Positions 62,281-64,000 of a stretch of 64,000 nt of DNA are shown in pieces. The DNA is from Eledone cirrhosa. Lineage: Eukaryota. The first letter of the stretch is position 1; every line of letters starts with the position of its first letter. The DNA is taken from assembly GCA_964016885.1 (NCBI GenBank), contig OZ024758.1, positions 9,176,001 to 9,240,000 on the forward strand, written 5' to 3'. The position numbers and the translations under genes are program-made. Under the pieces are notes generated by a model. That model saw only the letters and a list, made by a program, of their open reading frames with translations. It was not told where the DNA came from and made no database searches.

Positions 62281-63355
62281 GCCCGTGAAAACAAAATAAC
62301 TTTCTATTTTCAAAACTGTCAAAAATAAAGTAACAAAGAGAAATATATATTCAGAATACAGAGAGAAAATAATAAAAAAATATTTAAATCTACTTGCTAT
62401 GTACTTTTACGAACCCAAGCAAGGTGGTTAAAAAAGATTCTATCAAAGGACACCATTAACTCTTCAGTTTTACAGGAATATATATTTATATATATATATT
62501 TTTTTTACTAGCAATTGAAAATTAATATATGTTCGAAATCTCATTATTTCGTAATTTACTTTTTTTTTAAAAATTAAAATAGATTTTGAAGTTTGAAAGT
62601 GACTGTGACGAGAAAGGTTGACAAGTGTAGAAGGAAAGTAGAGGAAATAAATAGTGGGAGTGGATGGATTCAGGGCTTTACAAAACTAGCTTTAACGTTT
62701 TACGATTGATTATCTGTAATACAATAAATAAAATAAAGTTAAATTTTCCATATAGTTTTTCGTTATAATTTCTCAAACTTTCGCCGGCTCCTCATAGTAG
62801 CTACTTCGAAAGTAAAATGGGAGGAAAAAAAAAAAGTGATTTTGCTTTTCCAAAACTAAGAAAAATATATTAATTTTCTCTCTATCTTTTTTCTTATTAG
62901 AAAAAAAATAAGTTAACGAAGGCGATATAATAAAAACACGGAAATTGGAAAAAATAATAGAACTTTTTTGTAAGTTGACACGAATGTTTTAGTTAACGAT
63001 TTGAAAGAAAGAAAGAGAAAAATTGCTATAAAAGGATGTCGGCTAATGTCGCATGTTTGGTATGCCCATATATAGTAGTTGTTGGCATTGACTCGTGACT
63101 CACTACTACTGGTTAGATTTCTACAAACTGACAGGTTGCCCCTTTACAACTAGGTCGAGATCAGAAATATATTTTATAATATTTATTTTATTTGTCTTAA
63201 CACTTTGGATACTAAAAAGCGATTTTTCTTTCTCGTCTCTACTGATGTTATAGCAGAAGTAACTTTAAAAAAAAAATATTCAATTAGTCTCCATCTAATC
63301 TAGTAAGGTGTCTGCTCTCACCTCCTGCTGCTACTATATCCTGTCCAGGCTGTAC

Positions 63356-63393
63356 TATATAAAGAGTAGCCTTTTCTCCTGCTTAAATCATTT
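63356..63393 (+). promoter_or_regulatory. TATA box and Inr of the cofilin gene
   Basis: TATATAAAG at 63356-63364 and TCATTT at 63388-63393, about 32 nt apart and about 45 nt before the ATG. Confidence 0.65.
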
Positions 63394-63435
63394 CCCCCGT
63401 CTTCTTCGTTGACTTCTGTTCGCAATAATCTAAAT

Positions 63436-63728
63436 ATGACGTCAGGAATTTCCGTGTCCAAGGCTGCTATTGAAATGTTTCAATTTATAAAATCAAGCAA
63501 AAAAATGCGGTATGCTATATTTAATGTATCTCCTTGTGAAGCTGAAATTATTCCAGGTGACTCTGTTCCTAAACCTGATAAATTAGACCTCAGCTTAGAT
63601 GCTGTGAAGAAAGAATGGACAGAGTTTTGTACACAGCTTCCCTTAGATGGCAGCTGCTATGCAGTATATGACATGAGTTTCCAAAAACATGAAGGATCAC
63701 GGAGAGATAAACTTATTTTAGTTACTTG
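63436..63728 (+). CDS. ADF/cofilin family protein, first coding exon (partial gene)
   Basis: MTSGISVS...KKMRYAIF...WTEFCTQLP...CYAVYD...RDKLILVTW; Ser3 retained; donor TG|GTAAGT splits the Trp codon. Confidence 0.92.
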
Positions 63729-63943
63729 GTAAGTTTTAAAATTTTCTCGTCAGTTTGAAATTCTTCTCAGATTCTTTCGCAGTTCTTTTCTCTTTTAAAG
63801 GGATTATTAAAGTGGCCTATTTGAAAACTTATTACTTCTAAACTTACTTTACGGACATTTAATATTTAATAAATAAACTTATACCCGACTATTAATATCT
63901 TCGCTTTTAATCATTGAATATTTAACAGTTTTCTAAACACACA

Positions 63944-64000
<57 letters not shown>

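Noticed and set aside
63409-63435. N-terminal extension of the cofilin ORF from a TTG start
   Set aside because: Non-ATG start from the ORF caller; the family N-terminus MxSG begins at ATG 63436.

Overview
Very AT-rich animal genomic DNA. The SINE families, (TA)n/(CA)n expanses and LINE types suggest an octopod cephalopod, but this is inference. About 15 kb between 4.7 and 21.9 kb is dinucleotide micro/minisatellite, with a 200-N gap at 13127-13326; all the giant Tyr/Ile-repeat ORFs are artefacts of it. Host genes: (1) a 27-nt first coding exon MAATRRLQK|GT of a UBE2L3/UbcH7-type E2 enzyme on the minus strand at 25840-25866, missed by the ORF track, whose next exon is not visible in the window; (2) the first coding exon of a divergent ADF/cofilin at 63436-63728 with TATA and Inr; (3) a disabled Pim kinase fragment at about 34430-34730. 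The rest is decayed mobile elements: several RTE LINE families, Tx1/L1, CR1/L2, R4/Dong- and Hero-type restriction-endonuclease LINEs, a Penelope GIY-YIG relic, a piggyBac relic, MITEs and many tRNA-derived SINEs. The most notable signal is a set of short elements next to (TA)n tracts (38.9-49.2 kb and 59.6-60.0 kb), mostly palindromic, from at least five sequence families. Each carries a type I hammerhead ribozyme motif (CUGAnGA...GAAA...UH), intact, degenerate or partial. Also notable are a PHD-type C4HC3 finger inserted inside an RTE reverse transcriptase, an RTE insertion with a twin-priming 5' inversion, and stepwise 20/24/34-bp minisatellites arising from a microsatellite.
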